Positions 1 to 8,245 of a stretch of 64,000 nt of DNA are shown piece by piece. The notes beneath the pieces were generated by a model. That model ran no database searches, was not told the origin of the DNA, and saw only the letters and a list, made by a program, of their open reading frames with translations. The stretch spans positions 1,344,226 to 1,408,225 of the forward strand of contig OZ244974.1 in NCBI GenBank assembly GCA_965222955.1, given 5' to 3'. The number at the start of each line of letters is the position of its first letter. The first letter of the stretch is position 1. The DNA comes from Hyphomicrobiales bacterium. Its GTDB lineage: Bacteria; Pseudomonadota; Alphaproteobacteria; Rhizobiales; CBDCVD01. Position numbers and translations under genes: made by a program.

Positions 1-689
1 CCTTTGCCGTGGGAACCAGTGAGGTGAAAATTCGCGCCCGCGACGATAAAACCGGTCAACAGATTTTATCGTCGCAGACCGTGACGGTCCATATTCCCCC
101 CGATGCGCAAAAGGATGCACTGATTGTGCTTGATGCGCCGGGCGATGCCAGCCGCGTGCTGTATGCGGGTCCGCTTGTTGGCGAGCCGGCCGGGGATGCG
201 CCTGCACCTGTACCGGTTACGATCGCATTGATCGATATCGAGAGCGACGGCACGTTGCACTTGCAGGGTCGCGGGGTGGCCGGCGCGCGGGTGCGTGTTT
301 ATATAGATAATGGTTTTCTTGGCGAGGTGCCGGTGGACCGGGCGGGGGCGTGGAAACTGAGCGTCATTGGCGCGCTGAAGGCGGGAGAGCATACGGTGCG
401 CGCCGATCAACTGGATATGGCGGGGCGTGTTGTGGCGCGGGCCGAGGCGCAAGTCAGCGTGCCATTGCCGGCCGAGGCGGTCGCCGCGGCGCGGACATCG
501 CCGCCTCCCGATGTATCGCAACCACAACATACGACGGTGCACAAGGGTGACAGTCTATGGCGTATTTCGCGCCGGGCGTATGGGCGTGGTGCACGTTATG
601 TTGTTATTTATAAAGAAAATCGTGGTCAGATACGCGATCCGGACCTGATTTATCCGGGACAGGTTTTTCGCATACCGCCGCCGCGCTGA
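1..689 (+). CDS. LysM-domain peptidoglycan-binding protein, C-terminal part (gene begins upstream of the window)
   Basis: ORF 9..689 is open to the window edge. C-terminal LysM-like motif HTTVHKGDSLWRISRRAYGRGARYVVIYKENRGQIRDPDLIYPGQVFRIP. Confidence 0.7.
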   Translation, partial: FAVGTSEVKIRARDDKTGQQILSSQTVTVHIPPDAQKDALIVLDAPGDASRVLYAGPLVGEPAGDAPAPVPVTIALIDIESDGTLHLQGRGVAGARVRVYIDNGFLGEVPVDRAGAWKLSVIGALKAGEHTVRADQLDMAGRVVARAEAQVSVPLPAEAVAAARTSPPPDVSQPQHTTVHKGDSLWRISRRAYGRGARYVVIYKENRGQIRDPDLIYPGQVFRIPPPR

Positions 690-714
690 CAGGCCCGCCG
701 CGGCGTTCTTTTTT
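676..714 (+). terminator. Candidate rho-independent terminator
   Basis: GC-rich imperfect hairpin cgccgccgcg/cgccgcggcg followed by ttctttttt, straddling the stop codon at 687-689. Confidence 0.45.
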
Positions 715-737
715 CAACCGGCTATCCACGGGGTTTC

Positions 738-2669
738 ATGGCTACCCAGGAATCCGATCAGCGGCTGGGTATCAGCGCTGACGAACAATCGACACTGACA
801 ACGCTGCGCAATCTATGGCCTTACATTTGGCCGGCGGCGCGCCGCGATCTGAAGCGCCGTGTGCTCATCGCCATGATCGCCATGGCAGCGGCAAAGGTGT
901 TGACGGTTTTGGTGCCGTATTTCTACAAATGGGCCGTCGATACCCTTGACGCCCAGGCAGCGCTCACCGCCTCGCCCCAGGCGCTGGCGCTCTTTACGCC
1001 GATTATCGTCATTGCCGCCTACGGGGTGGGCCGCATATCGGTTATCGCCTTGAACGAGTTGCGCAATGCCCTGTTCGCCAGTGTAGGACAGCACGCGGTG
1101 CGCCAGTTGGCGTACAAGACATTCGTTCATATTCATCGGTTGTCGCTGCGCTTTCATGTTTCACGGCGCACCGGCGGTTTGTCGCGCATTATCGAACGTG
1201 GCATCAAGGGTATTGAGACGATTGTGCGCTTTACGATTCTCAATTCCATTCCGACGATGATCGAATTTGCTCTGATGGCGATAATTTTCGCCTGGTATTT
1301 CGGTTGGCCTTATCTGTTTGTTCTGGTTGTGATGGTGATTCTGTATGTGTGGTTCACGGTTCTTGCCAGCAACTGGCGGATCGGTATTCGACGCGCCATG
1401 AACGAATCGGACTCAGATGCCAATTCGAAGGCCATCGACAGTCTGCTTAATTACGAGACGGTGAAGTATTTCGGCAACGACACCATGGAAGCGCGCCGCT
1501 ACGATGCCTCCATGGCCGCCTACGAGCGCGCCGCGACCCGTTCATGGACGTCGCTGGCGTGGCTCAACGTGGGACAGACGGTGATTTTTACCACGGCGAT
1601 GGCCCTGTGCATGATGTTCGCTGCGCGCAATGTTCTGGCTGGCGAGTTGACCCTGGGCGATTTCGTAATGCTGAACGCGTTGCTGATGCAGCTCTATCAG
1701 CCGCTGAATTTCATTGGTTTTGTCTATCGCGAGATCAAACAGGGGCTGACGGACATTGAGACCATGTTTGCCTTGCTTGACGAGCCGCCGGAGATTCGCG
1801 ATGTGCCCGGGGCGAAGGCGCTGCGTGTCGATCGCGGCGCCATTTGCTTTGACGGGGTGCACTTTTCCTACGATGCGGATCGGGAAATCCTTAAAGGGGT
1901 GAGTTTCGATGTGCCCGCCGGGCACACAGTGGCGATTGTCGGCCCTTCGGGCGCGGGTAAATCGACCATCTCGCGTATTCTGTTTCGCTTCTACGACATC
2001 ACCGGCGGCGTTGTGACCATCGATGGACAGGACATATCCCGCGTGGCGCAGGACAGTCTGCGCGCCGCCATTGGCATGGTGCCCCAGGATACGGTGCTGT
2101 TTAACGATACCATCGCCTATAATATACGTTATGGCCGTCCCGATGCCGACCCGCGGGAGATTGCCGAAGCGGCGCGCCTGGCGCAGATCGATACGTTTAT
2201 TGAGGGCTTGCCGAAGGGCTATGACACGATGGTAGGCGAGCGCGGTCTGAAGCTCTCGGGGGGCGAAAAGCAGCGCGTCGCCATCGCCCGGACCATCTTG
2301 AAGGCGCCGCCCATTCTCGTTCTGGACGAGGCTACGTCCGCTCTTGACAGTTTTACCGAGCAGGAAATTCAGCAGGCTCTCGATCACGTCTCGCGCGATC
2401 GCACCACCCTGGTCATCGCCCATCGCCTCTCGACGGTTATCGCGGCGGACAAAATTCTGGTCCTTTCGGATGGAGCAATCATCGAACAGGGCACCCACCA
2501 GGCGCTGCTGGAGCAGGGCGGTCTCTATGCCGGCATGTGGGATCGCCAGCGCGAGGCGGAAGAGGCGCGGGCAAAGTTGCGTGAGGCAAAGGACTATTTG
2601 CCCGCCGCCGCCCTTAAGGTTATTGGCGATGACGACAAAACAGCATATTATGAACACGATCCGCCTTAA
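738..2669 (+). CDS. ABC transporter, fused permease/ATPase, ATM1/HMT1-like
   Basis: 643 aa. Hydrophobic N-terminal half, Walker A GPSGAGKST, signature LSGGEKQRVAIAR, Walker B ILVLDEATSALD. Confidence 0.9.
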   Translation: MATQESDQRLGISADEQSTLTTLRNLWPYIWPAARRDLKRRVLIAMIAMAAAKVLTVLVPYFYKWAVDTLDAQAALTASPQALALFTPIIVIAAYGVGRISVIALNELRNALFASVGQHAVRQLAYKTFVHIHRLSLRFHVSRRTGGLSRIIERGIKGIETIVRFTILNSIPTMIEFALMAIIFAWYFGWPYLFVLVVMVILYVWFTVLASNWRIGIRRAMNESDSDANSKAIDSLLNYETVKYFGNDTMEARRYDASMAAYERAATRSWTSLAWLNVGQTVIFTTAMALCMMFAARNVLAGELTLGDFVMLNALLMQLYQPLNFIGFVYREIKQGLTDIETMFALLDEPPEIRDVPGAKALRVDRGAICFDGVHFSYDADREILKGVSFDVPAGHTVAIVGPSGAGKSTISRILFRFYDITGGVVTIDGQDISRVAQDSLRAAIGMVPQDTVLFNDTIAYNIRYGRPDADPREIAEAARLAQIDTFIEGLPKGYDTMVGERGLKLSGGEKQRVAIARTILKAPPILVLDEATSALDSFTEQEIQQALDHVSRDRTTLVIAHRLSTVIAADKILVLSDGAIIEQGTHQALLEQGGLYAGMWDRQREAEEARAKLREAKDYLPAAALKVIGDDDKTAYYEHDPP

Positions 2670-2688
2670 GATGCACAGGCTTACCAGT

Positions 2689-2814
2689 TGTCTCATTTCA
2701 GTTGGTTGTTCTCAAGGCGACGGGTCTGAAGTCAGGGTTTTTACGGCCGTGGCGGGATGGGCGACCAGCAGCACCCGATAAGCTTTTTCGAGAACGCCCT
2801 ATTGAAATTGCGCA
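2689..2814 (+). repeat. MITE-like family B copy (ctcaagg/cgagaac subfamily)
   Basis: Arms tgtctcatttcagttggttgttctcaagg and cgagaacgccctattgaaattgcgca, with the shared core ggtctgaagtcagg...agcacccgat. Confidence 0.7.
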
Positions 2815-2848
2815 ACCAGCCTGTTCATATAACCCAAGGTACAGACCC

Positions 2849-3712
2849 ATGGCCCATGATAAACAGCACGTTCATTCCGATCTGATCGCCAGTTGCGATC
2901 CGGTATGGGATCGCCTGCGTACCGAGGCACAGGCCGCGGCGACGCGCGATCCGGCCATCGGCGGTTTTATGATGACGATGATCCTGGGGCATTCGTCCTT
3001 TGAAGACGCCCTGATGCATCGCCTGTGCGCCCGCCTTGAGAACGAGAGTATCGGCTATCGCATGTTATTGCAGGCGTTTGAGGAGGCCTTGCAAGTCGCG
3101 CAGACCTCGCAGACCTCGCAGGTCTCGCAGGTTTCGCAGATCGGTGCACACGCCCGTGTCGATATCGGTGCCGTTTTTGATCGCGATCCCGCTTGCAACC
3201 GCTTTATTGAACCGTTCTTGTACTTTAAGGGATATCAGGCGGTGCAGACCCATCGGTTCGCCCATGCGCTGTACAAGGCCGGCCGTATTGATCTGGCCTA
3301 TTATCTGCAAAGCCGCATTTCCCAGGAATATCAGGTCGATATTCACCCGGCAGTGCCCATCGGCCGGGGATTCTTTCTTGATCACGCCACCGGCGTGGTG
3401 GTGGGTGAGACGGCGGTGATTGCCGACAATGTCTCCGTTTTACAGGGCGTAACATTGGGGGGCACAGGTAAGGAAGAGGGCGACAGACATCCCAAAATCG
3501 GGCCTGGCGTGTTGATCGGCGCCGGCGCGAAAGTGCTGGGCAATATCGATGTGGGGCCGTGTTCGCGTATCGCCGCCGGATCGGTGGTGCTCAAGCCGGT
3601 GCCGCCAAAGACGACCGTCGCAGGGGTGCCGGCAAAAGTAATCGGTGAGGCGGGTTGCGCGGAGCCCTCGCGCACCATGAACCATATTATCGCCCATGTG
3701 CAGAATGCTTAA
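2849..3712 (+). CDS. cysE: Serine O-acetyltransferase
   Basis: SATase N-domain followed by hexapeptide repeats (GVVVGETAVIADNVSVLQGVTLGG, DRHPKIGPGVLIGAGAKVLGNI). Start trimmed to ATG 2849 because the upstream part of ORF 2702.. lies in repeat B. Confidence 0.85.
   Translation: MAHDKQHVHSDLIASCDPVWDRLRTEAQAAATRDPAIGGFMMTMILGHSSFEDALMHRLCARLENESIGYRMLLQAFEEALQVAQTSQTSQVSQVSQIGAHARVDIGAVFDRDPACNRFIEPFLYFKGYQAVQTHRFAHALYKAGRIDLAYYLQSRISQEYQVDIHPAVPIGRGFFLDHATGVVVGETAVIADNVSVLQGVTLGGTGKEEGDRHPKIGPGVLIGAGAKVLGNIDVGPCSRIAAGSVVLKPVPPKTTVAGVPAKVIGEAGCAEPSRTMNHIIAHVQNA
3092..3139 (+). repeat. In-frame 9-bp microsatellite (CAGNNNTCG, about 5 units) inside cysE
   Basis: caagtcgcg cagacctcg cagacctcg caggtctcg caggtttcg, encoding QVAQTSQTSQVSQVSQ. 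Confidence 0.9.
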
Positions 3713-3927
3713 GTGAGTACCTTCGACAGGCTGTTTTCAAAGAAAGCCACCGCATGCACATGGCCGCAAGAGGTGTGTTATCAGGGCAGCACACCAGCCG
3801 GCGTGCATATAAAGCCAATGCCGCAGGTATAACGTCAGATCTGCCGCCTTGAAAATCCGGCTGAAAGATCGCACTCAGGCGGATTGCGGCATGGCAAAAG
3901 ACGGCATCGCAAAAGAATGGGCATAGC

Positions 3928-4149
3928 GTGAAAAAAACAGAAATCGACAAGCTGGAGAAATATTTGCGCAAGGTCTTTCAGTGCAATGCCCTTGGCGTGC
4001 GGGCGCGACCGCAAAAAGACGATTCAGCGGAAGTCTATGTGGGAGAGGAGTTCATCGGCATCATCTTTCGCGACGACGATGATGATGATCTTTGTTATAA
4101 CTTCCAGATGGCTATTCTCGATTTCGATCTTGATGAGAATACCGACTGA
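3928..4149 (+). CDS. DUF3126-like small protein
   Basis: 73 aa, MKKTEIDKLEKYLRKVF...GVRARPQKDDSAEVYVGEEFIGIIFRDDDDDD, the pattern I associate with alphaproteobacterial DUF3126. Confidence 0.6.
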   Translation: MKKTEIDKLEKYLRKVFQCNALGVRARPQKDDSAEVYVGEEFIGIIFRDDDDDDLCYNFQMAILDFDLDENTD

Positions 4150-4170
4150 AGAGTGGCGCTCTAGAGCGCA

Positions 4171-4530
4171 TCAGATCAGGGGTTTGTGGTCCTGTATCTG
4201 GTCCTCGTTGGCAACAACACGCAGTCCTGTGCGCCCCAGACAGCGTCTGGCGCTTTTCATAAAGCGAATGGAGCGGGTTCCGCCGGGGCCGATCACATGC
4301 AGGCGGATACGGCAGCGCGGCGCTGTCTGGCGCCGCAGGCGGGCGGTGTAGATAAACAGAAACTCAAAAAAGTCCCGTGGTTGACTGAAATTTCCGGCCA
4401 GGCGGTAGCTCGGCGTATAGGTTTCGCGCCCAGGGCGGCGTGGCGCGCGAAACAACGATCGTGAAAGCGACGAACGCGCGGTTTTTTTGATCTTTGCCTG
4501 ATCGGGACTCCACACAACACGATACTCCAT
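4171..4530 (-). CDS. Hypothetical protein (very Arg-rich; weak call)
   Basis: This 119-aa ORF is the one I judged most gene-like in this gap. No family recognised and it could be a GC-driven ORF. Confidence 0.3.
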   Translation of the reverse strand: MEYRVVWSPDQAKIKKTARSSLSRSLFRAPRRPGRETYTPSYRLAGNFSQPRDFFEFLFIYTARLRRQTAPRCRIRLHVIGPGGTRSIRFMKSARRCLGRTGLRVVANEDQIQDHKPLI

Positions 4531-4569
4531 TTACGCAACAAAGCGGCGTCAAACGCCAATACCGCACCG

Positions 4570-6153
4570 CTACAGGGCTACGGCATAACAAGAAAAGCGC
4601 TTTCTTTTCAAGGCCTTACATACTTTCCTGGCCCGTGATCGGGTAAAGCCGGCAAAGCGGGCGCGGTAGTAGATGCGCGCACCAATAATACCCTTTTCAA
4701 CAAATGGCTCGCCTTTTCGCAGTAAACGTCCGGCACGCGAGCGCGCCTTCTCCAGCATCGCATTGGCCCGCTCCGGTGTATCCAGAGCTCCGATCTGTAT
4801 CGCCCAGCCCGTGCGCTTGCTGTCCCCACCAAGCCGAGCGCCAGGGCCAAGAGACTCAGTGACTATCGAGTCCTGATCGCTTCCCCGCTCCTTGAGCACG
4901 TAGGGCTGTGCCGAGGCGTCGATCGATGGCGTCATGTCACCTTGCGGAATTGTCTCCGGCGGCAAGGGGATCGCGGCGCCGCTTAACGCTGGCGTCGGCG
5001 CCGGGTGTACGGACACCGGATCAAGCGGGCGCGGCACCGGCGCGGGACTGAGCGGGCGCGGCACCGGCAATACAGAAGTGACGGACGGTTGCGCGTGTAT
5101 CGACAGGGCAGCGCCTGCTACGTTGTCGGCGGTCTGTTCGGTTCCCGGGGGGGCTTTCATCTGCGCATGGCGGCGCGCTGCTGCGGCGCGTTTGCGCGGG
5201 TCCGGTCTCGGCACGCGTACCGCAATCGCTTCGCTCAGACTTGCGCGCAGGCGAGGGAATGCCGCCGCGCGATAACGCCCGCGGCTGGCCCTGGGAAGAT
5301 AACGGGTAATGAGTTTTCGCATATGGGCATCGCGGCTGCGCGCGGAACGCCCGCCCATGACGACCGAGACGATATGACGTCGATTGCGTTGTGTATTGGT
5401 AACGAGATTGAAGCCGGAGGCGCGTATGTATCCCGTCTTTATGCCATTGACACCGGCAACGCGGCCCAACAGGCGGTTGTGATTGCGATATCGGCGCCCC
5501 TGATAGGTGAAGCTGCGCGTTTTGAACAGGCGATAGTAGTGGGGAAAGCGTTTCTGGATAGCGCGGCCTAATCGCGCCATATCGCGCGCCGTCGTTCTCT
5601 GGCCCCGGTGGGGAAGGCCGGAGGCGTTGCGGAATCGCGTATTACGCATACCCAACGCGCGCGCCTTGGCTGTCATGCGGCGGGCGAATTTGGCCTCGGT
5701 GCGCCCCAGGTGCTCTGCCACGGCGCAGGCGACGTCATTCGCCGATTTGGTAATCAACGCCAGAATGGCGTTTTTCACGCTGATTCGGTTTCCGGCGCGC
5801 AGCCCCAGTCTGGAAGGGGGTTGTGCCGCAGCCTTGGGCGAGATGCGCAGGCGTGTGTTCATATTCACGCGGCCCTGCTCAAGCGCTTCGAACAACATAT
5901 ACAGGGTCATGATCTTTGTCAGCGACGCCGGATAGCGCGGCGCATCCGCATGGCGTGAAAAAAGCGTTTTGCCGGTCTTCGCATCGACCACGATGGCGGC
6001 GTATTTCTCCGCCTGCGCCCCATGGACGCCAAAACCAAGTCCCAGCACCAGCGCAAGAGTGAAGGCACGAACAAGTGCCCTCGCGTGTGCCGTTGCACCC
6101 CTGATCGTGTTGGTAACCTTGCTTGATTTACGCATACAGAACATAAAACCCAT
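4570..6153 (-). CDS. D-alanyl-D-alanine carboxypeptidase (S11 family) with C-terminal SPOR domain
   Basis: Signal peptide, SxxK motif (PASLTKIMT), Pro-rich linker, SPOR-like tail (GWAIQIGALDTPERANAMLEKA...). Start set to ATG 6153, 5 nt after GGAG. The ORF part upstream of that is discarded. Confidence 0.8.
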   Translation of the reverse strand: MGFMFCMRKSSKVTNTIRGATAHARALVRAFTLALVLGLGFGVHGAQAEKYAAIVVDAKTGKTLFSRHADAPRYPASLTKIMTLYMLFEALEQGRVNMNTRLRISPKAAAQPPSRLGLRAGNRISVKNAILALITKSANDVACAVAEHLGRTEAKFARRMTAKARALGMRNTRFRNASGLPHRGQRTTARDMARLGRAIQKRFPHYYRLFKTRSFTYQGRRYRNHNRLLGRVAGVNGIKTGYIRASGFNLVTNTQRNRRHIVSVVMGGRSARSRDAHMRKLITRYLPRASRGRYRAAAFPRLRASLSEAIAVRVPRPDPRKRAAAARRHAQMKAPPGTEQTADNVAGAALSIHAQPSVTSVLPVPRPLSPAPVPRPLDPVSVHPAPTPALSGAAIPLPPETIPQGDMTPSIDASAQPYVLKERGSDQDSIVTESLGPGARLGGDSKRTGWAIQIGALDTPERANAMLEKARSRAGRLLRKGEPFVEKGIIGARIYYRARFAGFTRSRARKVCKALKRKRFSCYAVAL

Positions 6154-6465
6154 AATTACTCCGCGCTGGCAGATACGTATCGGCTCCATCAGGTTAACCG
6201 GTTTTAAGCGATTTTGTTCGTAATGGCACAAGTTTCGACCAGCAATCAAGCACGTCCGATGCTCTCGGCACGTGTAAATTTCGCGTTTATGCACACAAAC
6301 GAGTGACGCTGCGGCAAAGATCAACAGCGACCGCAAGTCAATGCGATGGGGGATGTCTTTGTACGACAAGGACAATATCTGGTGAGAGCTTCCCGTTTGC
6401 GGCGATCCGTCATCAGATTGAGTGTAGTGAAACGGGGTTTCCAAAGGGTAAAAGAAATTTTTTTG

Positions 6466-6530
6466 TGCAGTGCAAAAAAATGCTTGACAGAATGGTGCGG
6501 CGCACATATATTGCTCATGTTGCAGTGCAA
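6466..6530 (+). promoter_or_regulatory. Candidate phasin promoter (TTGACA-N17-TATATT) bracketed by two TGCAGTGCAA repeats
   Basis: TTGACA 6484-6489, 17-nt spacer, TATATT 6507-6512. Identical 10-mers TGCAGTGCAA at 6466-6475 and 6521-6530. Confidence 0.5.
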
Positions 6531-6660
6531 TAGAGGTCAAGAGGTCATGAGGTCAACCAGCGCATCGCACCATCCGCAGCCCATTGCCCGGCAAGTTGTA
6601 ATCAGGAAATCACCATCACATGACCGGCGCTCCGGCGCCGAAGAGAAGGAAACCCAAGAG

Positions 6661-7023
6661 ATGTTTACGAACTTTGACGAAATTCAGAAAGTCAGCAAAG
6701 ACAACGTCGAGCGTGGCTTGGCCAGCTTCGGCGCCATCAGCAAAAACACCCAGACAATCGCCGTTGAGACGGCCGACTATGTCAAGAAGTCCGTTGAGAA
6801 CGCCTCGGCCGTGTTTGAGGACATGCTTGCCGCCAAAACCCTCGACAAGGCGGTCGCCCTGCAAAATGACTACGCCCGTTCGGCCTATGAGGATTGCGTT
6901 GCCCAGTTCGCCCGCTTTAACGAGTTGGCCCTGCGCGCCAGCCGCGACGCCTACAAGCCCTACGAAGCTGTTGTTAACAGTGCCACAAAGGCCGCAAAAG
7001 CGAGCACACGTACAACAAAATAG
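6661..7023 (+). CDS. Phasin family protein
   Basis: 120 aa from ATG 6661, MFTNFDEIQKVSKDNVERGLASFGAISKNTQTIAVETADYVKKSVE..., Ala-rich helical and phasin-like. The upstream part of ORF 6346.. is discarded. Confidence 0.75.
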   Translation: MFTNFDEIQKVSKDNVERGLASFGAISKNTQTIAVETADYVKKSVENASAVFEDMLAAKTLDKAVALQNDYARSAYEDCVAQFARFNELALRASRDAYKPYEAVVNSATKAAKASTRTTK

Positions 7024-7072
7024 TTCACGTGTTTGTTGCGCCAGGTTTCCTCCCTGACTTGGCCGCGTAGAG

Positions 7073-7100
7073 AGCCCGGCAGCCATGCCGGGCTTTTTTC
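7073..7100 (+). terminator. Rho-independent terminator after the phasin gene
   Basis: Hairpin gcccggc-agccat-gccgggc followed by tttttt. Confidence 0.75.
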
Positions 7101-7233
7101 GTGCCTGCGGATGGGTGTGCAGCCCTTCCATTGGCAGCAGGGATCGCTATATATAGTATCGATATCGTATCAACGGCACGTGGCCATGACGGGGCGGGCT
7201 CGTGAAAGGCGCGGCGCTGCTAGTGCTGTTAGT

Positions 7234-7360
7234 TGTGTAATTTCAACAGGTTGTCCCTGGTAAATCTATCGGGTACGGGGGGCTCCCTGGGGGCAAGGGT
7301 GTTAAGAGGTATCACTTTCCGGTTTGCCTGTCCCGGGAACAAACTGCTGAAAGATCACAG
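7234..7360 (-). repeat. MITE-like family B copy
   Basis: Termini tgtgtaatttcaacaggttgtccctgg and cccgggaacaaactgctgaaagatcacag. Directly abuts A at 7361. Confidence 0.8.
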
Positions 7361-7639
7361 CTAGAGTGTGTCAGGTCTTAATAGAACCATTCTGACGGAG
7401 CGATTTTGCGACAAGATGAACCTTAAGTCTCGCAGGATATAGTGGGGCTATTTTCAAGAGACTTAAGGTTCATCTTGTCGCAAAAGCGCCCGTCCCTTCG
7501 GGTTTGTCGATTGGCGGACGCCCACACCCAAGCCGCTCTTGAGAGATGGGTCGCCATCGCTCTTCGAGCGCCTTGAGCGTGGTTCGCCTCGCCAATCGAG
7601 AAACAGAATTGCTTCTATTAAGACCTGACACGCTCTAGT
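7361..7639 (-). mobile_element. MITE family A, short form (279 bp)
   Basis: About 26-bp TIRs ctagagtgtgtcaggtcttaatagaa / ttctattaagacctgacacgctctag. Internal perfect 22-bp-stem hairpin at 7410-7479. Confidence 0.85.
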
Positions 7640-7775
7640 TTAATGTTGCCGCGTAAGGGACGAGGGGATAAAATCGATGAGCCTTTGCTATGCACAGTGA
7701 TTTGCGCCTGTGCCCCGGTGTAATCGGATATGGACGTGGCGCGGCCTGATAATTGCGTTTTCTGAACCTTGATTT

Positions 7776-8213
7776 ATGGGTTGTTTCATAGACGTTGTTA
7801 CAATGATATTGCGAACTGCCATCATGAATACCATCGCTATGAACATTGCTATGAACATTGCTATGAACATTGCTATGAACGATGACAGGCACCGTCGCGC
7901 CGATGACCGCGAAGGCGATTCGGGAACCCGAACCGCCACCAGAACGCGTGTAAAGAAGAAGCGCCCGAGTCTTTATCGTGTCCTGCTGTTGAATGATGAC
8001 TATACGCAAATGGAGTTTGTTGTTCTGGTTTTGCAGCGTTTTTTTAACAAGGATCACGCCACGGCGACCAGAATCATGTACCAGGTTCACCATCACGGTA
8101 TCGGCGTGTGCGGCGTTTATACGCTGGAAATTGCCGAGACAAAGGTTGAGCAGGTGCTGGCGTTTTCGCGCCACTACGAGCAACCATTGCAGTGTATCAT
8201 GGAGAAGGCGTAA
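7776..8213 (+). CDS. clpS: ATP-dependent Clp protease adaptor ClpS
   Basis: Core [48 protein letters not shown]. The N-terminal extension contains the MNIA repeat. True start uncertain (7776, 7803 or 7824). Confidence 0.85.
   Translation: MGCFIDVVTMILRTAIMNTIAMNIAMNIAMNIAMNDDRHRRADDREGDSGTRTATRTRVKKKRPSLYRVLLLNDDYTQMEFVVLVLQRFFNKDHATATRIMYQVHHHGIGVCGVYTLEIAETKVEQVLAFSRHYEQPLQCIMEKA
7824..7880 (+). repeat. In-frame 12-bp microsatellite in the clpS 5' region
   Basis: atgaataccatcgct followed by (atgaacattgct)x3 then atgaac, encoding [19 protein letters not shown]. Confidence 0.9.
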
Positions 8214-8245
8214 GGAGCCGGGATAAACGAAAGGTGGTGTTTTAA

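Noticed and set aside
4156-4169. The 14-bp palindrome gcgctctagagcgc between DUF3126 and the next ORF looks like two family A TIR tips fused at CTAG (an excision footprint or preferred target).
   Set aside because: Only 8 nt per side match, which is too short to separate from chance or from a simple bidirectional terminator stem. There is no further TIR sequence.
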